A stretch of DNA of 64,000 nt from Balanoglossus misakiensis (lineage: Eukaryota > Animalia > Hemichordata). Below, piece by piece: positions 1 through 14,100 of the stretch (position 1 is its first letter; each line of letters starts with the position of its first letter). Location: positions 9,098,844 through 9,162,843 of the forward strand of contig CM082588.2 of the NCBI GenBank assembly GCA_040954595.2, given 5' to 3'. Below the pieces are notes generated by a model that saw only the letters and a program-made list of their open reading frames with translations, made no database searches and had not been told where the DNA came from. The position numbers and the translations under genes are program-made.

Positions 1-563
1 TGATGCCCATAGGCCAATACAGGCCACGATGCCTCCAGAATGATGATGGCAATGATGGTGATGATGATGATTGTGGTGGTGGTGGTGGTGGTGGTTGAGC
101 TTTAATTTCCCTTTCTTCCTGTCTAACCACTTCCTCTCTCACCTTCACTTATTCGGTCTCTCCCCTCCCCTTCTGTCAAAGTCCTCCCCTCATCCCCTTT
201 CTATCCTGACATTCTCATTTCCGCCCTCTTGCTTTTCTTCTCTCCTTTCTCACATTCCTTCTCTCACCTCCTCTCCCCCTCCGTAACATGTTATGACAAT
301 ATAAAGTAAAAAAGGGTCCAAAGTATGTTATCACATATGACATTTGGAATGTATTATTGTACTATCTGGTTTAATTTCAAACATAGTGGAGTTATTTATT
401 GGCCAGTATTTAAGCATGTTTAAAGAAGTCAAACAGCATAATAGGCACATTTCATATGAAACAAAATTGACCAAATAAGCTCAAAAGAGGATTTGAACAA
501 TTTGTCCCTTTAAGTAATGTTCAATATTGGATTTACACTTGTGATTGTATGTCATCTCCCTTT

Positions 564-1190
564 AGTGGAGCGGCCAAACCCCAATTTTCATAGCGATTGT
601 GCATTTTGTGATAAAAGCACCAAACTTGGCTCAGATGTGTGTTACTGTGTACTAAGCAAATTCAGATAGCGAGCCACTTAATATCTGTTAACGGGTAGCC
701 ATGGCAACCATTTTTCAAAATGGCCGCCACTACATTAATCTTTCCCACAAAATAACGACTAAAGAACACCAAGGTAATTTCAGATTATGATATTTGAAAC
801 CAGAAACTATAGAAAGGGTGATTTGCAAAGTATTTGTGGTCACCGAAATAGTTATAGATACAGAATAAAGGATAAAACACAGTTTAATGTCTACAGTGGA
901 GCGGCATAACAGACCGATTGTGCATTTTGTGATAAAAGCACCAAACTTGGCTCAGATGTGCGTTAATGTGTACTAAACAAATTCAGATAGCAAGCCACAA
1001 TATCTGTTGATGAGTTTCCATGGCAACAATTTTTTCATTTTTTCAAAATGGCCGCCAATACAGATAATCTTACCCACAAAATAACAATTATAAAACACCA
1101 AAATAAATTCATATTACAATATTTGAAACAAGAAACTGCTCAAAGAGTAATTTTCAAAATATTTATCATCACTAAACTAGTTATAGGGGT
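564..1190. repeat. Diverged direct duplication (~330-bp period) of a transposon-like segment
   Basis: AGTGGAGCGGC...GATTGTGCATTTTGTGATAAAAGCACCAAACTTGG...CAAAATGGCCGCC occurs at about 564 and again at about 895. Confidence 0.8.
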
Positions 1191-1685
1191 AAATACAGGA
1201 TCGAGATTCAGTCGCTAAAGAAATTTAAGTTTGGTAATAACCCTGGTTACAACAAACTTAGTTAAAACACTGTATAACCATAGATATATTATAATAGTGG
1301 CCTAGCATAAACAAAATTTTCATAACATTTGGGCATTTAGTGATAAAAGTTTAACAAGTAAAGTTGATTCGTTATTTTCCCCATAAAAATATCTTTGATG
1401 AACAAAATTCCAAATTTAGTCAACCCAGGAAAAAACGGCATCTTGTTTCTCAACCTTATAAATTGATCTGACCAGTTTGAATCAGTGCAGAATCTAGATT
1501 TTCTATTTTATCTTCATCAAATAATTCATGAAAATAAAGAATCACAAAATGGTGGCAGAAAGCCAGTATCATGACAGTCGATTGGTTTGTTAAAGTTACT
1601 ATAGAAACTAACTATGTCTAGGTTGCATGTATATAGATAGATGTTAGGAATCAAAATCTGTTTCAAACTTTTGCCAGTCAATGTT

Positions 1686-2185
1686 AGCATCGGTGGGAAA
1701 GTGCTACGCCTTGGTACACTAGATGTGGTGAAGAATGAAGGGGGTGGGTGTGGAGGGGGTATCTCCCTCCCACCTAAGAAAATTTTGTAAAATATTGGGC
1801 TGAAAGTTGCATTTTAATGAACTCAAAAGCAAATTAACTCAATATTGGGGAGGACCAATTTTACTTTTGCCACTCAACTCAAAGTACGCATCGGGTGGTA
1901 AGTAGTCGGCCCTCGTACACTAGACAAACCAGCCAATAAATGTAATGTGGCGAAGAATGGAGGGGGTGGGTGTGAAAATGAGAAAATTTTGTAAAATAAA
2001 GGGCGCGAAACTGCAATTGTGTGGACTCAAAAGCAAAAGTTCCGTGTCAAAAGTATGTGACCCCCCCCTAAACGTTTAAAGAAAACAGATGACCCCCCCC
2101 CCCTTTTGGACTTCAAAATTTAAGTGACCCCCCCCCCCCCCCTGGATTTTGCCGACCCCCCGGCCGGAAAAAACTGAACGGTCCC
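1686..2185. mobile_element. Right end of a probable PIF/Harbinger-like element with an internal direct duplication
   Basis: Ends AAAAACTGAACGGTCCC|TAA at the minisatellite; 1686-1830 resembles 1888-2040; partner end not seen. Confidence 0.45.
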
Positions 2186-3250
2186 TAAGTCTGCTCTGCT
2201 GAGTTATTCTGCTATGCTGTCGACCTGCTCTGCTATGCTAAGTCTGCTCTCCTGAGTTAATCTGCTCTGCTATGCCAAGTCTGCTCTGCTGAGTTAATCT
2301 GCTCTGCTGTCGACCTGCTCTGCTATGATAAGTCTGCTCTGCTGAGTTAATCTGCTCTTCTGTCGACCTGCTCTGCTATGCTAAGTCTGCTCTGCTGAGT
2401 TAATCTGCTCTTCTGTCGACCTACTCTGCTTTGCTAAGTGTTCTCTGCTGAGTTAATCTGCTCTTCTGTCGACCTGCTCTGCTATGCTAAGTCTGCTCTG
2501 CTGAGTTAATCTGCTCTGCTGTCGACCTGCTCTGCTATGCTAAGTCTGCTCTGCTGAGTTAATCTGCTCTTCTGTCGACCTGCTCTGCTATGCTAAGTCT
2601 GCTCTGCTGAGTTAATCTGCTCTTCTGTCGACCTGCTCTGCTATGCTAAGTCTGCTCTGCTGAGTTAATCTGCTCTTCTGTCGACCTACTCTGCTTTGCT
2701 AAGTGTTCTCTGCTGAGTTAATCTGCTCTTCTGTCGACCTGCTCTGCTATGCTAAGTCTGCTCTGCTGAGTTAATCTGCTCTGCTGTCGACCTGCTCTGC
2801 TATGCTAAGTCTGCTCTGCTGAGTTAATCTGCTCTTCTGTCGACCTGCTCTGCTATGATAAGTCTGCTCTGCTGAGTTAATCTGCTCTTCTGTCGACCTG
2901 CTCTGCTATGCTAAGTCTGCTCTGCTGAGTTAATCTGCTCTTCTGTCGACCTACTCTGCTTTGCTAAGTGTTCTCTGCTGAGTTAATCTGCTCTTCTGTC
3001 GACCTGCTCTGCTATGCTAAGTCTGCTCTGCTGAGTTAATCTGCTCTGCTGTCGACCTGCTCTGCTATGCTAAGTCTGCTCTGCTGAGTTAATCTGCTCT
3101 GCTGTCGACCTGCTCTGCTATGCTAAGTCTGCTCTGCTGAGTTAATCTGCTCTGCTGTCGACCTGCTCTGCTATGCTAAGTCTGCTCTGCTGAGTTAATC
3201 TGCTCTTCTGTCGACCTGCTCTGCTATGCTAAGTCTGCTCTCCTGAGTTA
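2186..3250 (+). repeat. 53-bp minisatellite, about 20 copies
   Basis: Unit CTGCTCTGCTGAGTTAAT-CTGCTCTTCTGTCGAC-CTGCTCTGCTATGCTAAGT. Confidence 0.97.
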
Positions 3251-3853
3251 ACCGGAAATTTTTACGAACAAACATACGCTCGTCTCACGGACTTGCTGAA
3301 GTTGTTATATACTTTGACACTGATTTGGACGGCCGGAGAACGGAGAAAGCGGTAAGTGATAATAGAAATAACATCTGAATATCTTATCCATAAAATTTGT
3401 TTCGAAGATACGGATTTTGTAGGCGGCGACAACGTCTGCAATTAGAGGCGATCGTTTCCCCAGTTTTCCAATCCTTGAAATCAAGACTTCATTTGCGGTC
3501 CTACTAATTACTGCCTGTCGCTGCCCATCATTTTCTGTGGAAATTGGCTGATCAGTTTAGCCCAATATGATGAAATTGATATTCGCGTAACAGTGGCCTC
3601 TCTCGATATTGCGAAAATTTCAACTCGCGAAAATAACATGTTTTACAGTATTAGAGTTTACCGTCTTTGGTGGAGAAGTCTATTTGTTTTGACATATTTA
3701 ATTTTGGTTGGCTGAGTTGAAGTTGCAAATTTATAGAGTTAACTATGTTCACAATTTTTCCTTATTATGGTATGTGTTCCTCATGGCTTAAGTAAATCGT
3801 TGTTTAATGAATGCTTCCTGTGTGTCTTATACGAGAGCCACTTTCCTTGTACA

Positions 3854-4054
3854 GGTGGTGTTGATTGTCTACAACCAATACAATGTAACATTGAAGATCT
3901 GGACGTACACATATGTTCACCTAATTATGTGGGCGACTGTCAGCTAGATGAATATCTACATCACATTATGATGGACGAATTGCTATTGCCAGCCAGGAAC
4001 CCATCAGATGCTGAAGCTGTCTACCTGACACTTTTGGAAAGATTAACAGACTGA
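3854..4054 (+). pseudogene. Remnant last exon of an integrase-core/IS3EU-type transposase
   Basis: Acceptor ccttgtacag|; GGVDCLQPI...C......DC......IM.E..L.P.NPSDAEAVYLTL resembles, from memory, the C-terminus of eukaryotic rve-type transposases; no upstream coding exons found. Confidence 0.5.
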
Positions 4055-4101
4055 ATCACAGTACTAGAAATATCCCATGATTCATTCCGATTTGTACCAT
4101 C

Positions 4102-4923
4102 CATGGTTACTAGAAGAAGACGGTTAGGAAACTCTATTGTTCGGAAGGTGTGAACGAGGTGTTAGCTAGGAGAGTCCATGTCCGAACCGCTATGTGGGGT
4201 TGTATTGGGGAACGTAGCTAATTTTTGAACCCCTTCATCTGCCCTTTTTCGTCAGAGTACAGCGCCACTTTTTTTTGTACGAGTTCCATATAGGCTTATG
4301 GAGTGCACGGTCATAGTCTGTTGGGCTTGCGACACTCTACCATTGTTTCTTGGGTGGTTAACTTAAAATCCAGATTCAAATAGCGTCGAATTTTGAACCC
4401 CTAGAATTCAACCCTGATGGTCGCATTTCTGTTTTTTTTTAATATATTTAGATATTTTACACCTTTTTGTATTGCATGGGCTATTTCGTTTATTCCAATT
4501 GGAATATTTCGTTGAGATTGCATACCCATTTCGATACAGTCGTTAACATTATCGATATAGCCTTTGGCGGCCATCTTGTTTGTTTTGGTTCGCATCGAAT
4601 CTCTAGGGCACAGTCAAGACAAAGAATGTATGGCTTCATCATGTCCTTGAAAGTTCAAAATTGTCATAAATGTGCTGTGACTTTATAAATTATCCACTCT
4701 CTGTTCTGTTTTCCTCAAATCTGGTGGTATACGTACTGTGCGTGCAAGCAATTCCGTAAACACGAGTATGGTTTGCTTTGGATTGTGGGGGAATGACGTC
4801 ATTATTCGTATGGCCAGGCTCGTTAGCACCTGATATCTTTCGTTTACACTAAGTGTTTACCGAGGCGAGCATCTAACAATGGAGAAAAAATAGTTTCCTA
4901 ACCGTCTTCTTCTAGTAACCGTG
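4102..4923. mobile_element. Non-autonomous TIR element (P-like: CA..TG ends, 7-bp TSD) nested in the foldback element
   Basis: ~32-bp TIR CAYGGTTACTAGAAGAAGACGGTTAGGAAACT; TSD TACCATC at 4095-4101 and 4924-4930. Confidence 0.85.
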
Positions 4924-6734
4924 TACCATCAGAGATTCCTCAGTCAAACCAATTGTGTATTTTGTGAATAGTGACTATAGTTTTTGTTGTTGTTCAAATG
5001 GTTAATTATATGCAAGTAATAATGATTATTAGGCAAGTTTTAAAGTAAAAGTAAAATTTCATCACAATTGCATGTGACCTCACCGTGAGGTTACACACTG
5101 TGGAGGTCAACTTGTCTTCTCAAGGCGGAACAAGTTGTGTTTATTTTGCGTGCTGCCATTACCCATGGTCCTAAAAATATAGCGAGTATCCAGTTATTTA
5201 GATTCAATAGTAATCTTTCAGCCACCAAGTCGTCATTTCTGTATCTACTTTGGTTTTGGAGTAATTCCACATTGAACCGAGTCTCAAACCAGTCATCAGT
5301 AACTCAACATGTTTCGTTTACCTTAACATAGAATAAAATGACAAGCTCATGTAAACCAAAAACTGAAGTGTCTATGTGTGTTTTTTTTTTACTTTTACAA
5401 CTTATAACCTAGAACCTGTGAAAAGTACGGTGTTCAGTGCTGTGTATCTCCTCATTCAAAATTAACAGATGCAGCTCAGTTAATTGACTGTATGCAAATT
5501 AGGCTTGGTTGCTCAACTGTACAGAAAAGTTTGAAGTGAAACAGGGACACCTTAGTCAAACAAAAAGATACTGATATTTACTGTTGAGAGAACAAAAGAA
5601 ATTTAAATGTTAACTTTCAACAGAGACTGGCCACCTCAGTCATTTGCTTGTTTCCTCCAAAGTGCGACATTTGCAGTACACAAATACTTTGATTTCTAAG
5701 GCTTTTAAATTTTGATACTGCATTTGGAATTTCCCCTCTAATTCCTCAACTTATCATTGTTACTATGTTAAACAGAAAAAGATATTAAGATGGCAACCTT
5801 TGATGATACAAATCATGGCGAATGGTGGGTAGAATGTTGTACTCTGTGAATGACACACTTCACATGAAATATTTAAGTTTTCACCAAGTTTATTTTACCA
5901 TGGTTGCCAATAAAGTAGACTCCTTGGAACAATGTCAACTGTTTTACATATTTTATGCATGGTGGATCTTGGTCCATTGGCCACTCGCCGAGCTGTGAGT
6001 TACTCATACCTGTATGTAAATAAAATAAAAGACCGAGAATTTATTATATTACCAATTCTGGCAACAATTCTTTGAAAATAGATATTCACATTTTTAACAC
6101 ACATGGTCCTTGAATTCAACTAAAAACACCAAACAAATTCCAAAGCACATATGCCTAAAAACAAAACAAAAAATTAATCACCTTGATTTCTAGTTTGGAA
6201 TAGGTGTTACTATGGTAACAAATTGTTTTCATCTTTCAAAACCAAAGATGAAATAATAGCCAATGGTGATTATCTGAGATATCTGCGCATTTGACTGACA
6301 TGCAAGCTTTTCAAACATAACAATGCACATTCAGACCATGACTTTACTGAAGTAGAGTGGAGCTATCAAAATGTACATAATCAAAAGGTAAATAAAACTT
6401 AGTGTTTGTTCGTCAGTTGACTTGTTTAGCACTGGTTAATGCTAACAACACACAGGTGGTATTGGGTGAAACGAAGTTTGGATTTCAAGGATTGGAACGT
6501 GGGGAAACGATCGCACCATTTATAACCTCTAATTGCAGACGTTGTCGCCGCCTACAAAATCCGTATCTTCGAAACAAATTTTATGGATAAGATATTCAGA
6601 TGTTATTTCTATTATCACTTACCGCTTTCTCCGTTCTCCGGCCGTCCAAATCAGTGTCCGAGTATATAACAACTTCAGCAAGTCCGTGAGATGAGCGTAT
6701 GTTTGTTCGTAAAAATGTACTCCAGTACTTCCAG

Positions 6735-9080
6735 TTAACTCAGGAGAGCAGACTTAGCATAGCAGAGCAGGTCGACAGCAGAGCAGATTAACTCAGCAGA
6801 TTAGACTTATCATAGCAGAGCAGGTCGACAGCAGAGCAGATTAACTCAGCAGAGCAGACTTGGCATAGCAGAGCAGGTCGACAGCAGAGCAGATTAACTC
6901 AGCAGAGCAGACTTGGCATAGCAGAGCAGATTAACTCAGGAGAGCAGACTTAGCATAGCAGAGCAGGTCGACAGAAAAGCAGATTAACTCAGCAGAGCAG
7001 ACTTAGCATAGCAGAGCAGGTCGACAGCAGAGCAGATTAACTCAGCAGAGCAGACTTGGCATAGCAGAGCAGATTAACTCAGGAGAGCAGACTTAGCATA
7101 GCAGAGCAGGTCGACAGCAGAGCAGATTAACTCAGCAGAGCAGACTTAGCATAGCAGAGCAGGTCGACAGAAGAGCAGATTAACTCAGCAGAGCAGACTT
7201 AGCATAGCAGAGCAGGTCGACAGCAGAGCAGATTAACTCAGCAGAGCAGACTTAGCATAGCAGAGCAGGTCGACAGAAGAGCAGATTAACTCAGGAGAGC
7301 AGACTTAGCATAGCAGAGCAGGTCGACAGCAGAGCAGATTAACTCAGCAGAGCAGACTTAGCATAGCAGAGCAGGTCGACAGAAGAGCAGATTAACTCAG
7401 CAGAGCAGACTCAGCATAGCAGAGCAGGTCGACAGCAGAGCAGATTAACTCAGGAGAGCAGACTTAGCATAGCAGAGCAGGTCGACAGCAGAGCAGATTA
7501 ACTCAGGCGAGCAGACTTAGCATAGCAGAGCAGGTCGACAGCAGAGCAGATTAACTCAGCAGAGCAGACTTAGCATAGCAGAGCAGGTCGACAGAAGAGC
7601 AGATTAACTCAGGAGAGCAGACTTAGCATAGCAGAGCAGGTCGACAGCAGAGCAGATTAACTCAGGCGAGCAGACTTAGCATAGCAGAGCAGGTCGACAG
7701 CAGAGCAGATTAACTCAGCAGAGCAGACTTAGCATAGCAGAGCAGGTCGACAGAAGAGCAGATTAACTCAGCAGAGCAGACTTAGCATAGCAGAGCAGGT
7801 CGACAGCAGAGCACATTAACTCAGCAGAGCAGACTTAGCATAGCAGAGCAGGTCGACAGAAGAGCAGATTAACTCAGGCGAGCAGACTTAGCATAGCAGA
7901 GCAGGTCGACAGCAGAGCAGATTAACTCAGCAGAGCAGACTTAGCATAGCAGAGCAGGTCGACAGAAGAGCAGATTAACTCAGCAGAGCAGACTCAGCAT
8001 AGCAGAGCAGGTCGACAGCAGAGCAGATTAACTCAGGCGAGCAGACTTAGCATAGCAGAGCAGGTCGACAGCAGAGCAGATTAACTCAGCAGAGCAGACT
8101 TAGCATAGCAGAGCAGGTCGACAGAAGAGCAGATTAACTCAGGAGAGCAGACTTAGCATAGCAGAGCAGGTCGACAGCAGAGCAGATTAACTCAGGCGAG
8201 CAGACTTAGCATAGCAGAGCAGGTCGACAGCAGAGCAGATTAACTCAGCAGAGCAGACTTAGCATAGCAGAGCAGGTCGACAGAAGAGCAGATTAACTCA
8301 GCAGAGCAGACTTAGCATAGCAGAGCAGGTCGACAGCAGAGCAGATTAACTCAGCAGAGCAGACTTAGCATAGCAGAGCAGGTCGACAGAAGAGCAGATT
8401 AACTCAGCAGAGCAGACTTAGCATAGCAGAGCAGGTCGACAGCAGAGCAGATTAACTCAGCAGAGCAGACTTAGCATAGCAGAGCAGGTCGACAGCAGAG
8501 CAGATTAACTCAGCAGAGCAGACTTAGCATAGCAGAGCAGGTCGACAGCAGAGCAGATTAACTCAGCAGAGCAGACTTAGCATAGCAGAGCAGGTCGACA
8601 GCAGAGCAGATTAACTCAGCAGAGCAGACTTAGTATAGCAGAGCAGGTCGACAGAAGAGCAGATTAACTCAGCAGAGCAGACTTAGCATAGCAGAGCAGG
8701 TCGACAGCAGAGCAGATTAACTCAGCAGAGCAGACTTAGCATAGCAGAGCAGGTCGACAGAAGAGCAGATTAACTCAGCAGAGCAGACTTAGCATAGCAG
8801 AGCAGGTCGACAGCAGAGCAGATTAACTCAGCAGAGCAGACTTAGCATAGCAGAGCAGGTCGACAGAAGAGCAGATTAACTCAGCAGAGCAGACTTAGCA
8901 TAGCAGAGCAGGTCGACAGCAGAGCAGATTAACTCAGCAGAGCAGACTTAGCATAGCAGAGCAGGTCGACAGCAGAGCAGATTAACTCAGCAGAGCAGAC
9001 TTAGCATAGCAGAGCAGGTCGACAGAAGAGCAGATTAACTCAGCAGAGCAGACTTAGCATAGCAGAGCAGGTCGACAGCA
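6735..9080 (-). repeat. Same 53-bp minisatellite, inverted, about 44 copies
   Basis: Reverse complement of the 2186-3250 unit. Confidence 0.97.
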
Positions 9081-9142
9081 AAACAGGTATAGTGAGCAGA
9101 GCAGATTAAGTTAGCAGAGGAGTGTCGGTATCGCCCACAGTA

Positions 9143-9336
9143 CATTTCCCATTAATCACCTGCTAACGAATTAATCTGTGTGCCCCATCCACGGATTAAG
9201 TTGATCAAGTAAACATCGGTCAGCGAGTACTGGGTATTCTTTTACCGAGTGAGAACTGACCGATGTTTACTTAATCCACTAAATCCGTGGATGGGGCACA
9301 CAGATTAAGTCGTTAGCAGGTGCTTAATGGGAAATG
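9143..9336. mobile_element. Palindromic MITE-like element
   Basis: ~80-bp inverted arms CATTTCCCATTAA...TTAATGGGAAATG. Confidence 0.75.
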
Positions 9337-11132
9337 CAATAGTTTTTATTCTGGATTAGCAACTGATAAGACAGGTGGAGGTAAGACAGAAAAATAAACA
9401 AGCACAATGACTGTTCATCAAGTAATGTTTATTGGGGGGAAATGCAGGAACTCTGCCATTTATAACTTTCATGTTTGCAGCCCCCTGTGCTAGTACTACC
9501 ACTTAGCAGTGGTTCAAGATGATTCTGTTGAAATTGTAAGTTTTTCTCTTATCTTTTTTTTGAACCTGGATCTGGTAATTAGCTTAGCTTGAGTGATATT
9601 GATTATTGGACCTGGTTTGATGTCTTATTATAACTACTACAGAAGAATCTCTGGACACATTGAAATACACTCCAGGGTTATGGTAATGACTGACAAATTG
9701 TCAGTTTAAAAAAGTAGACAAAGAACTCAATTAAATATTATAATAAAAATATGCTTTTAATATAAGGAAAAGGTACAATTGATATACTTGTAATTAAAAC
9801 ATAAATATAATGATGAAATTCTTCAACTGTTCTGTAGTTGCACCAGTATTGGTATAAGCTAAAAATGTTGACTTCTGGCAGGACAACTCAAAGAGATATT
9901 AAACTTATTATAGTACTTCCACATCATGACTTTGTTCAAAAATTTCCCAAACTTATTTCATTGTTGACGAGTTGTCACCTCCGAACAACACAAAAAGGAG
10001 CAGTTTGTATAAAAAAGTAATTTTGCATGAATCTTAAACATACATGCACAAGTTAAGTGAATAACACAATATAATCATATTCTACAATGAATTACTATAT
10101 CAAGATTAAGGGTTTCACATATGACAATACATTTCTACATTTTATATACATGAATTTAATTTGAAAAATTTCCATTGATCTATAACACCATGAATAATAT
10201 AAAAATATGCGAATAAATACTTTGAATTATTATATATACATGTCAGGTCTCAAAGTAAGTAACTATATTTTCATTCACCTATGAACTGGTTATTAACCAA
10301 ATGAAATGATAGGATCTTTTATTTTGAGGATCTTATAATTGTGATCATACACATCCATATTCCAAAATTCACATGCCAACAAAATATCAGATTTATACGG
10401 CCAGTTGTAAATACAGTACAAGGGGCAACAAAAATTGATAATAGTTAATCATCATCTCCCTTCTTTTACAGTCTGGGAGAATGGTGACGGTTGAAGTCAA
10501 ATTAAAGAAAAATATCAAGAAAAATATCAGAATTTGAAGCACTAATTCAGGAGGATATATATCATCAGGAGGTAGTCACTGAATATATTGAGAGAAATAA
10601 TACATAATCTATGCATTTGGATGAAAAGACCTTCTATCTGATCAAGTTAAGGATAAATGCTGCCTCGTATAAATACAGAAGCAAGTCAGCATGCAAAGGG
10701 AGAGCTGAATTGATACGTACACTGTTAAATTTGTCCTCCAAATTCAACACAAATATGTTGTTGTTTAGGAATTCTCGTATTATCATATCTTTCTCATTCC
10801 ACAATACCTTATAATAAGTCGTAACAAATTTTTAAGAAAAATTCTTTAAAATATGTCAAATTTATAGCCTTATAACCGACATACTTTAAAGATGATTATT
10901 TATGATCATTTCATTCAGATGTTGCTAAGAGTGTAATAATAAAGATCTGTTTCACTCCAACCAATTTAATGTGCGCTTATCACAGTACTGTCGTCTGACA
11001 AAGCATAACTATTATTGTTATCATTTATGGGATTATACCAAGCTTATCACAGTACTGTGTCAACTCACAAAATGAAAACCATTCTAGTTCTCATTTGAAT
11101 TATACCATACATGTACACACAGAGATGGCATA

Positions 11133-14100
11133 TTAGAAGTATCTGTCTCCGTGACTTTCATGAAATAGTTCATTTCTACTCTTAAGAGACCTTGGTCTCC
11201 ATTCCTCACTTCCACTGGCACTGCCACTGTCACCACTATACATTGGATTGTAGTGATAGATTTCTCTGAAGGCTTCCTCATCTTCCACACTTTCCCCTGC
11301 CTTGCTATCAACATCATCTGTATCATCAAACCAATGGATATCCATAGTTGCCTCTTGTTCTTCCCAGCCTGGATGTTTCTTTCCTCCAAGAGCACACCTG
11401 GACGGAAAATAGTTGAACATCATCAATGTGGGATATATTGTGATATCAAAGAATCTGGAAAAAACTTCCCATGAAGGAGTTGCAATCAAACACACTAGTT
11501 GGCACATGACCAGTAATTCAATAAAGTAGCTGTGTCGGGCATATTATTTACATGCATGGACCCTTCGAATTAATTATTCCACAATACAGATGAGATTATT
11601 TTTCACATTGCCACATGCATGTATGGAAAGATACAGGTTAGTTCCCAATTTTCTGATGGGCAATATTTCTACAGCTGTGATTCTACTATGGTAGTTCTAA
11701 ACTAAATAAATAATAACTTACCGTTGGTACATAAGTAACATTATTACACCAAGCACTAACACAGCCGCTAAACCTCCCGCAACACCACCAATGATGACAG
11801 CTGTGTCAACGGAGGAATCTGTAAGAGTTTAAATATTTCTATTTGTCACGGGGGCAATATGCTATGATAAAAGCAAGAAAACCATTCATTCTGATGCTTA
11901 GCTATTGTAAAATGGTTAGTTGACCACACAACTAGTGATATCGCAGATGTTGCGGTTTCACCATTTTCACAAATTTTTTTGAGACGATGTAAATTGTAAT
12001 CATGTAGATAAAATGTGTCAACTTTCGTGAATATTTTTTTTTAATCTTGTGTTATAAAAAGAGACAAAGAAATGTATACACACCTTTGACTTGCATTGGT
12101 ATTCTCTGGCGGCAAGTTTCACCTTGATATTCATCAGTACATTCACAAACAGGATTGCCATCACTGTCCTTGATGCAAACAGCATTGTTTGAGCAGAACC
12201 CTTCACATTTGTCTAGACACAAAAACAAAATCACATTACATTATGCTACCTGGTGCACCATTGGAATTGGACAAGAACTTAACCCAGTGATGTAAAATAC
12301 TTGACGCACCGCTGCTAAAATGGGCCTGCAAGTAATAATCAGGACTAATGTGGAAACAAATAAAGGGGAGGGCATTTTCAGCAGGAACATGTTTCGATAC
12401 TTTTTTCAGCAAAACATGTCAAATTTATGAAAGTTTTACCTAACAACCACCCTATTGGAATATGTGTGGTGATTGTAGTGTATATTGCAGTAACAACTTA
12501 CAAGTCAAACTTTCTTGAGAATAAATGTTTTTTTTTTTTTCTGAAGGAAAATAGCTTAATTGCATGATTGTGTGATTTTCCCCTCGGAAAAGAAAAACTG
12601 AACATGGTTGCCAATGAATAACGTTCTCAGAAGTCAGTCAATCTGCAGCCATTAATGCAGGATCTAGTCAATTTCCATACAAGTAAGGATGAAGTATTCA
12701 CTTCACAAACACTCACGCTCAATTAAAGGGACAAAGTCTCTCTCTCGCTGCACCTTTTCCATTAATTATGTTTGATACAAGACACCGTTTATGTTATTCT
12801 ACAGTGTGGATATATAGTGAATCAACGTTCGACAACACACAACTTCCATCCCACTTGTACACATGAGAGTGAAAAAATTGCCAAAGTGAATGATCGGTCT
12901 CTAACGTTATTCATTTTTGTGAGATCTTTAGTCTCACATCCTACAAACAGAATGGAAGTTGTGTGTGGTTGAACGTTGATTCACTAGATATCCACATGTA
13001 CCAGGTGAGTCACATAAATGGTGTCTAGTATCAAACATAATTAATGGGAAAAGGGCAGCAAGAGAGAGAGACTTTGTCCCTTTAAAAGTATAAAATTAAC
13101 AGTAGTGTCTACTTCTTAGCTGTACATATTTCCGTTGACATTTTAGTTGTAGATTATAAGTTACGTACCTGTACAAGTTATTCCATCACCAGTGAAACCA
13201 GTTTTGCAAGTGCATTCATATCCTGGTACAAGATTCCTGCAAGTGGCATTTGGGTGACAGTCATCCAGACCGAGACGACATTCATGTGCATCTAGAAAAC
13301 AAAAATTCTTGCAATGTCATTAACTGACCACCAAATAAAATTATTACACGTCACTCTGTATTCCGTACTATTGATTGGCTGAGACCATACCACGTGACAT
13401 AGAAAAGAACGTGATATTACATGGTTGACAGAGTATATGGCCCGTAGGTAGGGGCTACGGGCCGGGGATACGCGCGCGCTGAGAGAATATTGCAGGCTGA
13501 GAACAGGTTTTAGGTTCTGCGCATCTTTTCTGCGCACAACAAACTGTCGTTCAATGGCTTCCTTCACGATCAGTCAACTCCCGCATATATGGCTTCAAAG
13601 CGACACACAGGATAAACAGCTGTTCAACTGGACGATATTTTACCGCAAACGGACAGTAAATACACCAAAGTCGCAACCAACAGCGCGGTTTCCTCAAGAT
13701 TATCTGAGTTCGAAGTAGATACGGCGAGATATTTTAGTTCGCTGCAACCTGCAATGTACGACATGGACGCAACCCTCTATGCTGTATGTATGATCAAATG
13801 TTCGGTATAATAAAATTAATAACACATGTCATGCTCGGGCAATATCATGATCTTTGGCCTTCCCTCGGAAGGCATCATCAATATTATGGTCAGAGATCAC
13901 CATCCCTCGTGCAGGCCAAAGATCATGATATTGCCCTCGCTAACATGTGTTATTATTTAACTATGGGATCTTCATACATTTCACCAGTTAAAGGTATACA
14001 GTCACCTATGGAAATTAGCTATAGTTACCATGGCAAAAGGAGATCTAGCCAATCACAGATTTTCAGTGGGTGGCACACGCGAAAAAGAGTGCCACCATAT

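Larger units (their letters stand above)
2186..9142. mobile_element. Large foldback DNA transposon, IS3EU-like, non-autonomous; left end disrupted
   Basis: Inverted minisatellite arrays plus ~240-bp unique inverted repeats (about 3250-3490 vs 6473-6735); right terminus ends in GTA at 9142; internal transposase-like remnant. Confidence 0.7.

Noticed and set aside
71-286. Trp/Ser/Pro-rich ORF
   Set aside because: (TGG)n repeat plus a pyrimidine-rich tract; no coding evidence
5080-6020. Exon-like minus-strand segments that might be the transposon's second gene
   Set aside because: Splice-like signals are present, but the frames I read contain stops and show no recognisable motif
2186-9080. Regular repeat-spacer pattern resembling a CRISPR array
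   Set aside because: The spacers are three fixed sequences that cycle rather than unique spacers; no cas genes; eukaryotic context
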